Part shown: positions 13,890 through 27,245 of the stretch, piece by piece
Layout of the letters: every line of letters starts with the position of its first letter
Position numbering within the stretch: the stretch's first letter is position 1
DNA from: Camelus dromedarius
Lineage: Eukaryota
Assembly (NCBI RefSeq): GCF_036321535.1
Contig: NC_087437.1
Span: 97,156,001-97,220,000 of the forward strand
Reading direction: 5' to 3'
DNA: 64,000 nt
Program-made: the position numbers and the translations under genes
Notes under the pieces: generated by a model
The model's database searches: none
What the model was told of the DNA's origin: nothing
Seen by the model: the letters and a program-made list of their open reading frames with translations, nothing else

Positions 13890-14076
13890 TTTTTTTATAG
13901 CAGATTCATCACTACACATATCTATTTATTTATGTACTTGTTTATTGTCATGTTCCTCATCTCTAATACATGCTCCCTCGAGAAAAAGGACTTTATTCTG
14001 TTATTGCTATTCTCTTGCCACCTAGAATAAGGCTCGGATTTCAGTAGTCTCTCAATAAACGTTTGTGAAATAAATG
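13890..14076 (+). mobile_element. L2 3' end (continuation after the LTR)
   Basis: ttgtttattgtc...cacctagaataagg...ctcaataaacgtttgtgaaataaatg. Confidence 0.75.
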
Positions 14077-17000
14077 TCTACTGTGTGATTTAACATACAT
14101 AGGAATTTAAGAGATAACTGAACAAAACACATTCTTATGACCTCATGGAAATTAGAAATACTTTATATTTTACTGGCATAAAATATTATATCATTTAACT
14201 AGGATTAATTTAGAGCCCCATAGTTATGCTTGATAATTTTATTTCCAACAAAACTAAACTGCTATTAGAAGAAAAATATTTTCTAGTTACAGCATTTCTT
14301 ATAAATAACATGAAACTAATTCTCTTTATTTCCATCATCCTATTAAAATAACCTATACTTAATCATAATTGGCCTAGTATAACATCACTTATAATTCAAT
14401 TATCTCTTCTCATCCTTTCCAGAACTCTGCAGATCAACTAACTCTATAACCTTCTCCCTTCCTCCCCTCCCATTCTTTCTTAGTCAACTCTCAGTTAAAT
14501 ATTTAATAGGTGCAAAGCCCTACATAAGAGGTGCTTAAAGTTAGTGAAAATATGAAAGAAGAACATGCTAGAACTCTTTATGGTGTAGAAAAATAGTAAT
14601 TCTCTAGAAAGATAAAATATCTTTTCCCCAAAACAGGCTCAACATGCTAGCAAGTACAGAAACCATCTTGTTCCAACACATATCTGCAACCTAAGTTCAT
14701 ATCACCCACCTGACTCATGAAAAATCTTAATGTTTCCTTTATGTCCCATTCTTTTCCCCTCTTCTTCCTTCTGCCTGTGCTATTTGTTACATTCCCCTAG
14801 ATAACCACTCATTACTTCCTCAGTTAGAAGAGCGTTTATTACTTTTCCAAAACAGAATTAAAAATGTTACCTCTCACCCCCCTCCCCCCTTCATAATCTT
14901 GGTGACTGCATCCTCTGAATTTCCGTGATAAATTTTATGTGAATAAATTTATCTGGAGAAAGTGGCCATTGTTCTAGCTACACTTTCAAAGGGAACGCTG
15001 GCTCCCCAAACTTTAAATCATTCATTAGATGTAAATCTTCTGAAGGCAGAAATTCTAGCCTATTTGTTTATTACAAGAGTGTAAAAGGTAGTTTTCTCAG
15101 AAGATATTTCTTGAAAGTAACAAGAGTTAGTTAATCATTTAAGAGTGAGTTCATTGAATGTCATATGGGTCTTATTAAAGAATCATTATTTTATTGGCTC
15201 AAAACACAGGTGCTTTTATTGAGTGGGGCACTCAGGTAAAACCTCAAAAGAGGCAGAACTTGAACAAGGTCTGGAGGGTGGGCAGAAATAGGATATGAGG
15301 TGCTGACAAGAAGCTAAATTCCATGGAGAAGAAAATGACAAGTTAAAAAGGCTTGGGGTCTAGAACGGGCTTTGAATGCCTGTGGGAGTCAGTCCAAATG
15401 GATGTGGAGTGTTGATATGTGCTCCTTTAAACAAGTTGCTCTCATTTAGAAAATTCTTCAGCTTTGCTCATTGTGAAGCCATAGGAAGTCTCATTTAAGT
15501 TAAATCACACGAAAACTGCGTTTCTGGATATTTAAACACCACTGATAGTCTTTTCAATGTTTTCTCTGACCTTTAAAGAATTTTTATTTTCAAGAGTCTG
15601 ACAGCATTAATCACCTGTGTCCATTCAGCATTTTTTCATGAGACTGACATACCGTCCCGGCACTCACATCTGTCAATGTTGCTCTGATTTACCGGCTTAA
15701 TAACAGGAAATTATTTGGTAGCCCAGCTCTATTTTGCTTGAACACTGACTTGTGACCTTAATCTGATGCCTTTCAAGGTTCTTTGTTTTTTCATATAAGA
15801 CCAATTAATTGAAGCATTTTAAAGAGATTATATAAGAAAAAATCATATTGGATCATTTAATTTTTTTCTCTCAATTGGGTAAAAAAGTTAAAAAAATAAT
15901 TTTACTCAAAAATTATCAAAAATCACTTCAATAATATAGTTATTAAAGCAATTAACTTACACTACCTAAAAGCCATATTTAAAATCAATGTAGTGGCTGC
16001 AGAAATGTGCAAGTCCAAGTTTTATTTATTAATATGGCATGTATAGATAACAGGATGAGATTTATATTATTTCTTTTTATAATAAATTCATTTTATAAAT
16101 CTGCACATCTATTTCTCAGAATATTATGATATTCAAACCCATCATCCAATTCTACCAAGTGAAATAATACTAGAAACTTAAAAACTATTGACCTAAAAAA
16201 ATAGAAATTTCCAAAAATATTTATATCATATGGGATATTTTACTGATTGTCCTATTAAAATAAAAATTAAATAGAAAATAATCACTGCCAATTCTGCTGA
16301 GCATGTGACACATATATTTTTCCTGTCACTTAATTCATAATGGGAAATGTGGCAGCTTTATAGATGCAATACACACACACAATCATGGGGACACAGACAC
16401 ACACACAACTGTATCAAAGCACAGGGAGATGTTACACTCTCAGACACTTGATATTATTAATTTGATGAGAGCCGTCATTATGTGAATTAAAAATAGATTT
16501 GGTTTAAGAATTTCTGAAATTATGCAAAACTTCTATTTTGTATGTAATAGCATAAAGTTTCATAAAACCACGTGAAGAATCACAGCCTTTAGTTACGAGC
16601 ATTTTTGTTGAAATTATACAGAATAATCTTCATGTCAGGCAACCAATGCAGTATATTACTGATAGTTGTAAGGCTCCCCTTGAATTTTATGTACAATTCA
16701 AAGCTTATTATTGAACCATATGAAAGGGAAATAAGCTCGTATAGTGAAGTGATACATATACTGGGAATGACTGAAAAATAAATCTACCATAAGAGGCTTA
16801 AAAAATGTGCATAGTCTAGGAACAAGTTAAGTGTTTCTGTTTATCCAGCCATTCTGCAAGAATTTATTGGTTGCCTTACTACCTGCCTTGACCTCTTTGT
16901 ATAAAATTGGCTTATAGATAATTGATGCCCTTAAGTAGCATTAAATGATTACAGTATCTGAGGATAAAAGTATATCACAGGTTGCAACAGAGACATAAAA

Positions 17001-17309
17001 AATCTGGAGTTGTGTCAGAGAGGGTTCTTACAAAGGGTAAGAACCTCTTTATTTGTATTCTAAATAATGAGTTACATAAAACTAGCAAATAGAAAACAAA
17101 CATGAAACATCTTGGAGAAGAGTATGTTAGAAGGCATGGTGGCATAAAATTGCACATTATTGTATTCAAGGAACCTCATTCACCCTATGCAGAGTGTGTA
17201 TAAGTAAACGGGGTTGGGAGAGTGAATAAGGCTGGATGGATATAAGGCTAAGACCAGCAGTGTAGGCTCAGCAAAATTATGAATTGCCATTGATGTACAC
17301 CATGTGAAG

Positions 17310-17795
17310 CTGTGGAGATTGCAGCAGTTTCCAAGGATCGTCCTCAAAACAACCATCCCTCCCAGTATTCATATTCTTCCTCCAGCCTTTCTCTTTAATA
17401 TGAATTGATGTGGCAACTCACTTCTAACCAAAAGAATAAAGTAAAAGTGATGCCCTATTCCTTCTAAGGCTGGCTTGTAAAGAACTCTTATAGCTCCTAT
17501 CTGGGTCTCTTGGAGAGCTACCTCTTGGTCTGCTTTTCCCTAGAACTCAAGAAATATGAGAAGCCACATGGAGAGGCCACTGCAGGTGACCAGTCAATAG
17601 CCCAAGCTGAGTTCCCAGCCATGGTGATGAGTCAGATAGTGAGCTGTGTTGGGTCGTCCAGCCCACTGGATATGTCGGATGCTAATCCTGGCCAACATCT
17701 AACTGCAGCCCTGTAGGGAACCCCAGGCAACAACTATACAGCTCAGCTTTGTCAACAACCTACAGGATCATGAAAGAAAATAGTATATCTGTTGA
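17310..17795 (+). mobile_element. MLT1 (G/H-like) MaLR LTR, 3' truncated
   Basis: gaagccacatggagaggccac, cccaagctgagttcccagcc, caacatctaactgcagcc, caggatcatgaaagaaaatag. Confidence 0.72.
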
Positions 17796-18094
17796 ATGTA
17801 GCAGGAGAGAAAGGTGAGGACTGAGTAGGACATTAAAAAAAAAAAATGGAGATAGAAAGTTTGAGGAGCCTTTTTCGATGTGTGGCTATGAAGGGGAGGA
17901 GGAAGAAGGGGGTTGAGTAAGTGTGATCTTGTTGCTGTTGTATCCCTTTGTTGTTTTTCTTGTTCTCAGTATTGGTGGGTGTGTTTAAGAGTTGATAGAA
18001 AGTTTCGAAGTGAAATGAATAAACAGGAGAATGACAGGCTAATTTATTGAGAGTGTCCAGATAAAGTACAGCTTTATTGTTTCCAATGTTAAAT

Positions 18095-18340
18095 ACAGTG
18101 TATTAGTCTCAAGTGATGATAATGGATTCAATCCCTGTATTTGATCCTCACCTTGCCAGTTTGGACAAGTTACTTAACCTCTTTGAGAGTTGGTTCTGTC
18201 ATGTCTAAAATGGGGATAATGGTAGTTTCTGGATCAAAAGACTGTTTGGAGGATTAAATGAGATAATTCAAATAATGATTTTCACAAAGAGCACAGCACT
18301 TCAGCAGCTTTTGTAAGTGATGGTTGCTATCATTATTCAT
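18095..18340 (+). mobile_element. MIR SINE, near full length
   Basis: ttggacaagttacttaacctctttgag...taaaatggggataat...gaggattaaatgagataat. Confidence 0.82.
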
Positions 18341-18739
18341 TTCTACTAAAATCTGTTAGAGACATAGCTGGCTATTCCTCTGAGTTAAGCTCATGTTTGA
18401 AAGAACATTTGTTTTTTAAGAGACTACTTATGGCATCATAAATATATTGCTATGGAATGCTCAAACATATAGGAAAGAGTACACAAACACTTAAACAGAA
18501 CAGGTAGTCACCTTACATAATCCCCTATGAGACATTTTTAACTTTAACCTATGGCACAAAGTCTTTATCCACTTCTGATGGGGATAATATACATTTAATA
18601 TTTTAACACACCAAAAATAAAGTTTTGGCTCAAAATTTTTTCTTTCTTAAAAGCTCTCATAAAGCCCAACCCATGCCAGGTGCCCTTCCTCCATCTTGTA
18701 AAGATACCAACTAAACAGAATGTTAGGGTCACTATGGCA

Positions 18740-18922
18740 GAGGAGCTCAGGAATGACTAGGGCACACTGGCTCAATTTGTCTGAGCCAGAAGTGACACCC
18801 ATTGCTTCTCCTTATTGCCTTTTAGCAGGACTCAGTCACACAGTTCTGACCTCACTTTAAAGGAGGACTAGCAACATAGGGAAGCAACTAGAATATTTGG
18901 TGAGCACCAACTGTCCCTACCA
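18740..18922 (-). mobile_element. MLT1 (J/K-like) LTR fragment
   Basis: ccagaagtgacacccattgcttct...tcagtcacac...aatatttggtgagcacc. Confidence 0.55.
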
Positions 18923-21234
18923 AATTCCTAAATGTGTATTTTATTGTTTGACACATTTTTAAACAGTAGAGAAGAAATAAAAGGAAAAATATTGACTTAA
19001 TTTTTGGATATCTCAATCTTTGTGTATTTTATTTTTAAACTTTTCTGTGCAGAAACCATTTTATACAATCATTATGAGGTACTTTTCTCATAATTCATAA
19101 GCACATATTGTTGTCATATAACATAATTGGAAACCAATCAATAATGGCTGCATGGTTAAGTTACTTTTAAAAAGTAAGCAAGTCAAGGGCCTCTTTATTT
19201 CCAACCACCACCCCATGGTCTGGTTAAGTGGCTATGTAGGTTTGGGGTATCTAACATAAATTCTCTCTTGATATTTACAGCTTTCTGAAGATAATAATAT
19301 GGAGCATATTTTCCAATTCTGGTCCTTTTTATTGCACTTAGCTGTAGAGGGTTTAATATTACTTTTCTTCTAAATTGAAATTTGCTCCTGACTATTTTAC
19401 TCCTTTAACGTTTAAAATGCTATCATGACATCTTAGCATAATGGTTATTTGTTTTTCAACAGAAACTAGTCCATATCTGTACATACATAAAGCTTTGTAT
19501 TAAAGCCAACTTTTTTCAGGATAGTGAATGATAGTAGGAGTGCAGTGTTGTGAACTCAGTGGCTGATGGAGCAGTGAAAACGTCCTCAAATATCTGAGGA
19601 TCAGTTATGACAGAGGGCTCCCAGTGCTCTGTGGATTGGTAAATCTCCTACAGATCTAAGACGCACATTCCAGAAATGGAGTGTATTGAAAGCCAGCCTG
19701 AACGTTCCAGTAGTAAATGATGGGACACCAAAAAGTAGTCTGTAAAAGCTTCTATGAAGAAACACCACACGTGACAGAAATAAAAATATTATTAGAAGAT
19801 AATATTTAAGAGCAACAAGTGTTTCTGAAACATTATTCATTAACATTATTTTTTCCTCTTTGAAAACACTTAATTCTCATGTAACATTGGCATATTTTTT
19901 TCTACTGAATGAAACAAACAGTAGTGTGTTTGATCTTCCTGAGAGTGGGCACTTTCTGACTGATAATATACTTTGTTCTGAAAGTGGCCTGCACCACTTG
20001 CAGTAAAATTAATATAGGTATTTCCAGGGCTTAAATTAATAATTAATTTAGTTTATAAAATAATGTGATGGAAATGGCCAGTCCTAGGCATCAGTACTTC
20101 ATCTTGATAACAAATGTGAATTATTATTATAAATGCTAGTTCAGAATATAATTTCCTACTGGGCTAAGAAAAAGATGTCTGATGTCATATGTAGTAATAC
20201 AGTTTGGTATTCTAAGAGCTATTCAATGGTTTAACATCATTATTGTGCATATAACCCATGTACCTTGTTCCAAAAATTTTTTGTAGTTTTTTCTATAATT
20301 TTTAAAATCTAGGCTATTTTAGTGATGTAGGGGTGAAGAGGAGACTAGGGAGCAAAAGGAGAAAATGTGTAAGAGAGAAATAGGGCAAGTGGTTTTTTTC
20401 CTGGGCTTGTCAAACTAAAAGCATCTTATGTAATTTATATACCAAAAATAACAAGAATAATTAAAACGTTTTGATTTCAATCTCCCTTAGTCTGGCAATG
20501 GTACTCATAATATTTGAAGGTTAATAGTGTGACAGTGATGTACCAAGCCATGCAGATAATACATCTTCATAACAATGGACACTTTTCCTCTGAAATGGAT
20601 TGGAAAAAATACGGTAACATACAGGAATTGTATTAAAATGAAGTTCCTTCAACCTGATGAATATCATGAGTGCTACTTTCTCAAAGACATCATCAAAATT
20701 AGAAACATTTATCTTCAGACAAACTCTCAATTATCTACATGTAGATTATCCCCTTTGTGAATGATTTGCTGCAATTTTAAAATTTCTATTGCAATTTAAA
20801 ATAATTTCTTCCTGTCACCTAGCACTTTTCTGAAATAGTCATCCAACATCTCCATAATAAATGGAAAACTCAATAAGGCAAAATATAATGGAGTGTGGGG
20901 GGAATCTGGCATAAACGCCTCTCCCCAGATCCTATAACTGATTTCAAATCCCAATATAAACTATTTTTATTTCCTGATATTTTGTAAATTCACAATATTC
21001 CTTCTATAATTGGTCAACTAATCAAATATGAAATGTACTTTTTAATATAACTCTTGATATTTGCATATGGACTGACAAAGACTTTTGACTAACATGAATC
21101 CTCCCAATAGGAACACATTTTAAGATACCTGGATAGCAACAAATAAAAAGGGGAACTGCCACCTTTAGATGCCCTATATCCTCAATATCCTTTGTTCTTA
21201 TGCTTCATTAAAAACTATAAAAATTATGTTGCAT

Positions 21235-21600
21235 ATATTAAATATTTATTGAGTTCTGTGTGCCAAATACTAACCAAGGCCATGAGATTCATGTACTTGT
21301 GCATCAACCCAATAGAATACCTTCCCTTGATGAGTTTATTTTACTTTTGAGGGAGTCTATAAACATAAACAAACAAACAAACAAAGGTTTAGATACTCAT
21401 AAGGATTACGAAGAAGATAGTATTTGGGATTGTATAGAGATCTATGGAAGAGATGATTTCTCTAAGGTAGTCAAAGAATAATCTCCTGGAAAGTAATGTT
21501 TGGAAAACCTGAAGAATTTAAAGAACACAGCCATGAAAAAGTCCTGTTGAGAATATTCCAAACAGAGAAATAGCCAAGGGCAAATGCTCTGAAACAGATT
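21235..21600 (-). mobile_element. L2 3' region
   Basis: aaatatttattgagttctgtgtgcca...gaatattccaaacagagaaatagccaagggcaaatgctctga. Confidence 0.75.
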
Positions 21601-22649
21601 AGAGAAACATACGTGCAGTATATTCTATATGCATTTGTGTCTACGTGGTTATATACTCATTTCCCTGCTTAAACTAGGATATCCATTTGAGTGATGCTTA
21701 GAAAATAAATTTTCTCTCACTTCCAGTAAGTAATAAGGCAACTGTGTGCCTAATGGTTGACTCATTTCCACCAGGGGAAGGGTAAAGGAGTTTATATTAT
21801 TGTTATATAAAGTCTTCAGCCCAAAGCTCTTTTTTGAGTTCATTCTAGTTAACCACTGACCCCAACTGAGGTGAGGAAGAAACTGAATGGGGGCATTTTT
21901 GGGTGTGTGTTGGTGGCAGTTCTTAGAGTGGTTGTGATCCTACAGTGGAGTAGAATAAAGAAAAAAAAAAAAAAAAAAAGACCAAAAGAAGCTAAGTCCT
22001 TGGATTTAGCAGTGTGGGCCTAGTTCTTGGAGTGGTTTTGCTTCGTTCCTTAGAAATGCTGAAGACAGAAGACCTGGGAAATATTTTCAGGTCAACCACC
22101 ACATATTTTAGGGAAATAGAAGTATTTCCTTCTGACATTTCTCAGACTCCACAGGCTAATCCTCTAATACTCATGTGAATGACATCAGCAATCTCTAGGT
22201 GCAAGAGAATTTTATATGCCAAAATCTTTTAGCCTTCCTTCAAGGAAGTATTCCTACTAAAACATGGGACAATCACACATCTGAATCTGCACCTTTTAAT
22301 CAGATGAAGACATGTGAGAGGCCCCAGACTGTGAAATGCATTTAAAATATGAACAAGACCTATGTGCACTTCTGTCAATGCCTGTTTCTCTCTCCAGCTC
22401 CCATTCTTTTACTTCTCTTTTCCTCTGCCTTTCTCTCCCTCATCCACCATCAAATACTTCTGTCCTATTTAATCAGTGCTGAAGTCCTACCAAATAGCTA
22501 TGATTTTAGGTGACGTAACCAACAGAGGTAAGTTGGAGAGATACTTACTGTGGGGTTTCTTCTAGTGAGGGTTTTACTGAGGTAGAAATTGCAAGTACCA
22601 TCTAGCACTTTGGGCTCCTCATGCCACCAGATCCACAAAGAAAGAAAAG

Positions 22650-22725
22650 AGTTGTTTTATTTGAAAGTTGCTAAGACAGTAGATCCTAAATTTCTCATTT
22701 TAAGAAAAAAAAAATTTTAACTGTT
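22650..22725 (+). mobile_element. Short L1MA-type 3' UTR fragment
   Basis: atttgaaagttgctaagacagtagatcctaaa resembles the L1 3' UTR at 61455-61485 (ttgacatttgctaaaagagtacatattaag). Confidence 0.55.
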
Positions 22726-23439
22726 TCACATCCAATCAGGAACTGACAGGAAAGAACTTAGGTCAGTAAGTCTGAAACTGGGACTGCACACGGAGCCTAG
22801 TGTTTTATCAGGTTAGAAAGAAAATTGATAATCTGCAAATTTTTATTACTATCTTTTGGCATTGTGCTTATTCATCTATTCTTAATTTCCCCTAACACTG
22901 ATTAAATATTGAAATAAATCACCTTAGGAAATTCCAGGTGGCTTCAGCTAAACTGAGAAAAAGAGGAAGAGCTATTTGGGTCATATCTAGGCTAATAAAA
23001 AAGGACAGAGATGATGTTTGTACTCAGGAGTCTAGATGTGACTGAAGTTATTGGTGGCAGGGGAAGTGGAAGAGGATTAGATAAAGAAGTGAAAAATCTG
23101 AAGGGAGTGAATCTGGCTCTTCTCAATGCTTACTTAAGAGTTTTTCCTCTTATTCTGTGTTATTTTAAAACAGAAAGGCTTCTAAGCAACTATCAGTGGC
23201 ATAAACATACCATAGGGCATAGAAGAATCATTTAAAAAAGAAAGAAAGATTCAGGATTTGGGAGAATGATTATAAATTTATAAACTTACAAATTTCCCAT
23301 TATCTAGGCTCAGCCCGTTTCTCAAAGAATAGCTGGTAAAAACCCAGTGTCAGGTTATAGTACTCTATGTACCATAACTTATGAATAATTTGATAAAAAT
23401 TATTCTAACATATTTTCAGATAATTTTAAAGCTCAATTG

Positions 23440-24380
23440 CATAACTCTTCTAGAAATATCATCTCGTTTAAAAATTTCTTCCCAATCCCAAACCCATAAA
23501 GATACTTTCTTACTTTTTCTTAAAATTTTAAAGCTTCATCTTTTTAACTTTTAAATCTTTAAGCCATCAGATATTTTTATATATAGTGCAATGTAGGAAT
23601 CCCGTATTTTTTTCTATTAGATTTTCTGAATTCTTTCCTTATTGTTCTACAATGATGGTGGTTCTGCAATACATCAAGAGTTTATTGATGCATGAGTTTG
23701 TTTCTTGATTATCTGTTCTATATCACAGTTCTATTCACTTCTGAATCTATAGCTGGCAGAGTCTTAATCACTGGAGCTTAGTGTGTCCTGACTTTTTTTG
23801 TTGTTGTTAGTTACCTATAGCTGCATAATGGATTACTCTAGAATTTAGTGGTTTAAAATAACAGTAAACACTTGTTATCTCTTACATTTTGTAGGGGTCA
23901 GGATCTTGGGAGTGACTTAGCTGTGTGCTTTTGGCTTAGGGGTACTCTCAGTAAGGTCAAGCTGTTGGCCAGAGCTGTAATCATCCACAGACTAGAGGAT
24001 TTCCTTCCAAAGTGGCTCACTCACATGGCTGGTAAGTTGATGTTCGTTGTTGATGGAAGGGCCCTATTCCTAACTATATGTGTCATTCCTTACGAATGCT
24101 TGAGTACCCTTGTAACCTAGTTTGTTTCACCATGTGCAATTCAAGGGGGAACAAGAGCCAGGAAGGGCATCACTACATTACAAAGCATCACTTCTCCTTA
24201 TTCTGTCCATCAAAAGAGATGGGTAAGTCCAGCCTACATTCACAATAATTTTTACCAAAATATTTACTACAGACCCATAGATTTCTACATATTTTACATG
24301 ATAATGCATTTATTTTTCTTTTGACTATATTAATAATTACATTGATAGGTTTTCTGATGTTTTACTACTTATACATTTAT
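23440..24380 (-). mobile_element. Old L1 (L1ME-like) fragment split by an MLT1 LTR
   Basis: Antisense L1-like text (aaaaatttcttcccaatccca, gtttcttgattatctgttcta) before the LTR; taattacattgataggttttctgatg after it. Confidence 0.55.
23803..24243 (-). mobile_element. MLT1F-like MaLR LTR
   Basis: gttagttacctatagctgcataa...gggtcaggatcttgggagtgacttagctg...cttccaaagtggctcactcacatggctgg. Confidence 0.8.
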
Positions 24381-26174
24381 TCAGGTTTATTACTTTCTTC
24401 CAGTATGTTTTGGGAAGTTAAATCTTGGGAGAAATAAAACACTATATCATTTGCACAAAGATCTTAGTATTTTTCATAAGTGTAAATGTTTTACTGCTTA
24501 CAAAGTATTGCCACACACACAAAGACAAGCATAAACATTGGCAAAAAACATACCCTTTCTAAACTTTCTCATTATTTTTAATAGCAATATTCTTGCATTT
24601 ATGTAGAAATTTTTAGAATATTTAGAAATACTTAGGAATTTTGAGCTCTAACACAAGATAAATTTCTTTCTCTTACAAAAATGATGTATAGAGTCCCGAC
24701 CCCATTTTAAGAAGGCTATTCATTTTCTTCAAAACTCAGCAAAATTACAACCTCCTTTAAAGCAGTATAAAAATGAACTTGATATACACTTAATATGCTT
24801 TCATATTGTGATTCATATGTCTTTTGGTAACTGAAAACTGACCATTGACATTAAAAATATAGTTTCAAGACACCTTGTCTGTGGTTCTGAGTCACTGAAG
24901 GCAAGTATCTTCTGATACTTGCATCTCATCTTTGATGCATTATTCTCGCACTTTATTAATTAGTTGCTTTAGTCAGTTTGCAATATCTGATTTTTAAACA
25001 GTGGTTATAGTTCAGTGGTGAACCATGATTGGCAGTGAAACTAGAACATGAAGAAAACATGAACTGAGCCACAAGTTATCGTTAAATTTCTACCTGAGTT
25101 TATCAGAAGTAATCTGAGCAACTACAATACTCATTCTCGTTTACTGAATTTTTTATCTTCTTTGCAGATGTGGTATCGATCCATCACCAGATTAATATTG
25201 AAACAATTCTAACATTGCAGTTGGCAAAGCTGGGATGCCTATTACTATGTACTGATCCATTTTACTGCATCACGCTTTTCCCATAGCTAAGCCTCAAAAG
25301 AAGGCATTGCTATCACTATACTCCAAATGCTTATAACTTGTATGTAGTTTAAACATGGTAATGAGACATTTATTGTCTGATTATCAGCACAAAGAAATTC
25401 CAACCTTTTTGTATATTCATGGAGTCAAACTGAAAAAAAAATTGTCTCTAGCTCTTCATTTCTCACATGCATAATGAATGATGCTGCTGTCAGCAATCAA
25501 TCCAAAATAGCATTGGCATAATGTACGCCACAGCCAGACATGACATGCAGACAAATAAAAACCAATATTCATTTCTCTAATGAATATCTGAGGCAACATG
25601 GACAATAGCATATTAGAATCAGATCACTCCTGTCTATGTGTTTGCCATGTGTGTGTTTGGATTTTTTTTCCTTCCTCTGAAAGGAATGTGAATGACAAGG
25701 GGAACTAGTCAATAAAAGTTCAGGCATTTTAAATCTCCTTTTAGGATTATAGTAATGCATAATATTTACCAGGATTACTGTAGGAGAAAGATAGCAAACT
25801 TTGTCTAATTTGATCAATAGGCAAATATAAAGAGATAATTTTTTTTAATTACTATGTATTAGGTTCTAAGAATTGGAATGAGGACTAAACAAAAATACAT
25901 ATTATTCTGCTTATTTAATTTAGATTCAAGATAAAGAATAGCATGGAAATTATGAATTTAACTGAATGGACAACACTGACACCACATAAAAAACAAATAT
26001 AAAACAAAAAATAAGAATAAGTACTTTTCTTGCCTATGGTGGTGGAATTTTTGTCCTTCCTACTGCTATATATGTGTTGGATAAAATAAGATATGCAAAG
26101 TACCTAGCTGAGTGCCAGACAACTTCTAGCTTCAATTTTGGAATGTGACAAGGCTGGATAGAAATAAATGTCTA

Positions 26175-26435
26175 TGGCATGATTTTCCAAAGTGTTAAGA
26201 AACAATAATGACACGAGATATTCCACAATAAAAGCATTCTATGGTGAAATAAATCGGTGAATTGCATACCTTATCTCTTTCTTAAAGGTCGTGGTAAGTC
26301 ATTTGGTAAATAAAACTTTTAACTTTACTCAGGTTTTGACCCGAGTAAATTAAATTTAAATTAATTTGACAAAACTTTTTTTCATACCAATCATTAACAT
26401 CCTACCATATTCACATTCTTTTGAGTATATTTCTT
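26175..26435. mobile_element. hAT-Charlie-type MITE remnant (possibly MER112-like)
   Basis: ttttccaaagtg start; ttctatggtgaaataaat loosely mirrored by ttaatttgacaaaactttttttc; subfamily uncertain. Confidence 0.4.
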
Positions 26436-26619
26436 CCAAGATAAGTGGTCAACAGATTCTCAGACAATTTATTTTTCAAGCTGGTGTTTGGAAATAAGGT
26501 TATATTAAGTTAAGTTACAGAATGTTGAATGATTTTTCCCTGTTATATACATTATTTGAACAAATAAATATGTACTATTGCATTTGTATTTATATTCACA
26601 CAACATATAGTCATGGTAT

Positions 26620-26840
26620 TTATATATTGTGTCTGTTTTCATGTGCCAGTCACTGTGCTAAATGCTTTATGATTTTATTTAATTAAGTCCTCACAATGAA
26701 CTATATTTGATGGTAAGGATGAGCCCATTTTACAATGAAGAAATTGAAAGTTGGAGAAGTGAAGCAGTTGCTCAAATTCAGCAGTCAGTAAAAGATGGAA
26801 CGAACTAGCATTTCAACCATATTTCAACCAAAAGCTCTCA
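26620..26840 (-). mobile_element. MIR SINE
   Basis: atgtgccagtcactgtgctaaatgctttat...cccattttacaatgaagaaattgaaag. Confidence 0.85.
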
Positions 26841-26889
26841 CCACCTTTCAGTTACACTGAGTTTACCATCAGTTTAGGTCCCGCAGATG

Positions 26890-27245
26890 CCTCAGTCTCC
26901 CACACGCTTGGATCACAGCACCCTCCACCTGCCCTAATGATGTTTCTCTGGCAAGAGATAACTTTCACTTCTTTCCGATTTGATAAACTCTTATTCTTTT
27001 TTGCTTAAGCAAGCCTTGGCCAGACAACGTTTGCAAAACCAACGCGGTATCTATATTCTTTTTCACTTTGCAGTTGGCATAACATATGGGCGGTGGTTGT
27101 GGTTGTGGTTGTGGTTATTGTACCTCTGTTATTATGTGAGCTCTTAAAAGCAAATGACTATGAACTGAACAGGTCAGAATCCCCAGAATTTGTTCCCTGT
27201 TAAATACTCCATAAATGTTGAATGAATGATTGAATGGATGGATGA
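26890..27245 (+). mobile_element. L2 3' end
   Basis: tgtgagctctt...ataaatgttgaatgaatgattgaatggatggatg tail. Confidence 0.55.

Noticed and set aside
19520..19638. Plus-strand exon candidate (ttttttcag|GAT...TTG|gtaaat)
   Set aside because: Stops in all three frames, weak donor and short pyrimidine tract
21954..21979. AATAAA plus A19 as a processed pseudogene tail
   Set aside because: No TSD or recognisable upstream transcript; signal too close to the tract; a simple mononucleotide run
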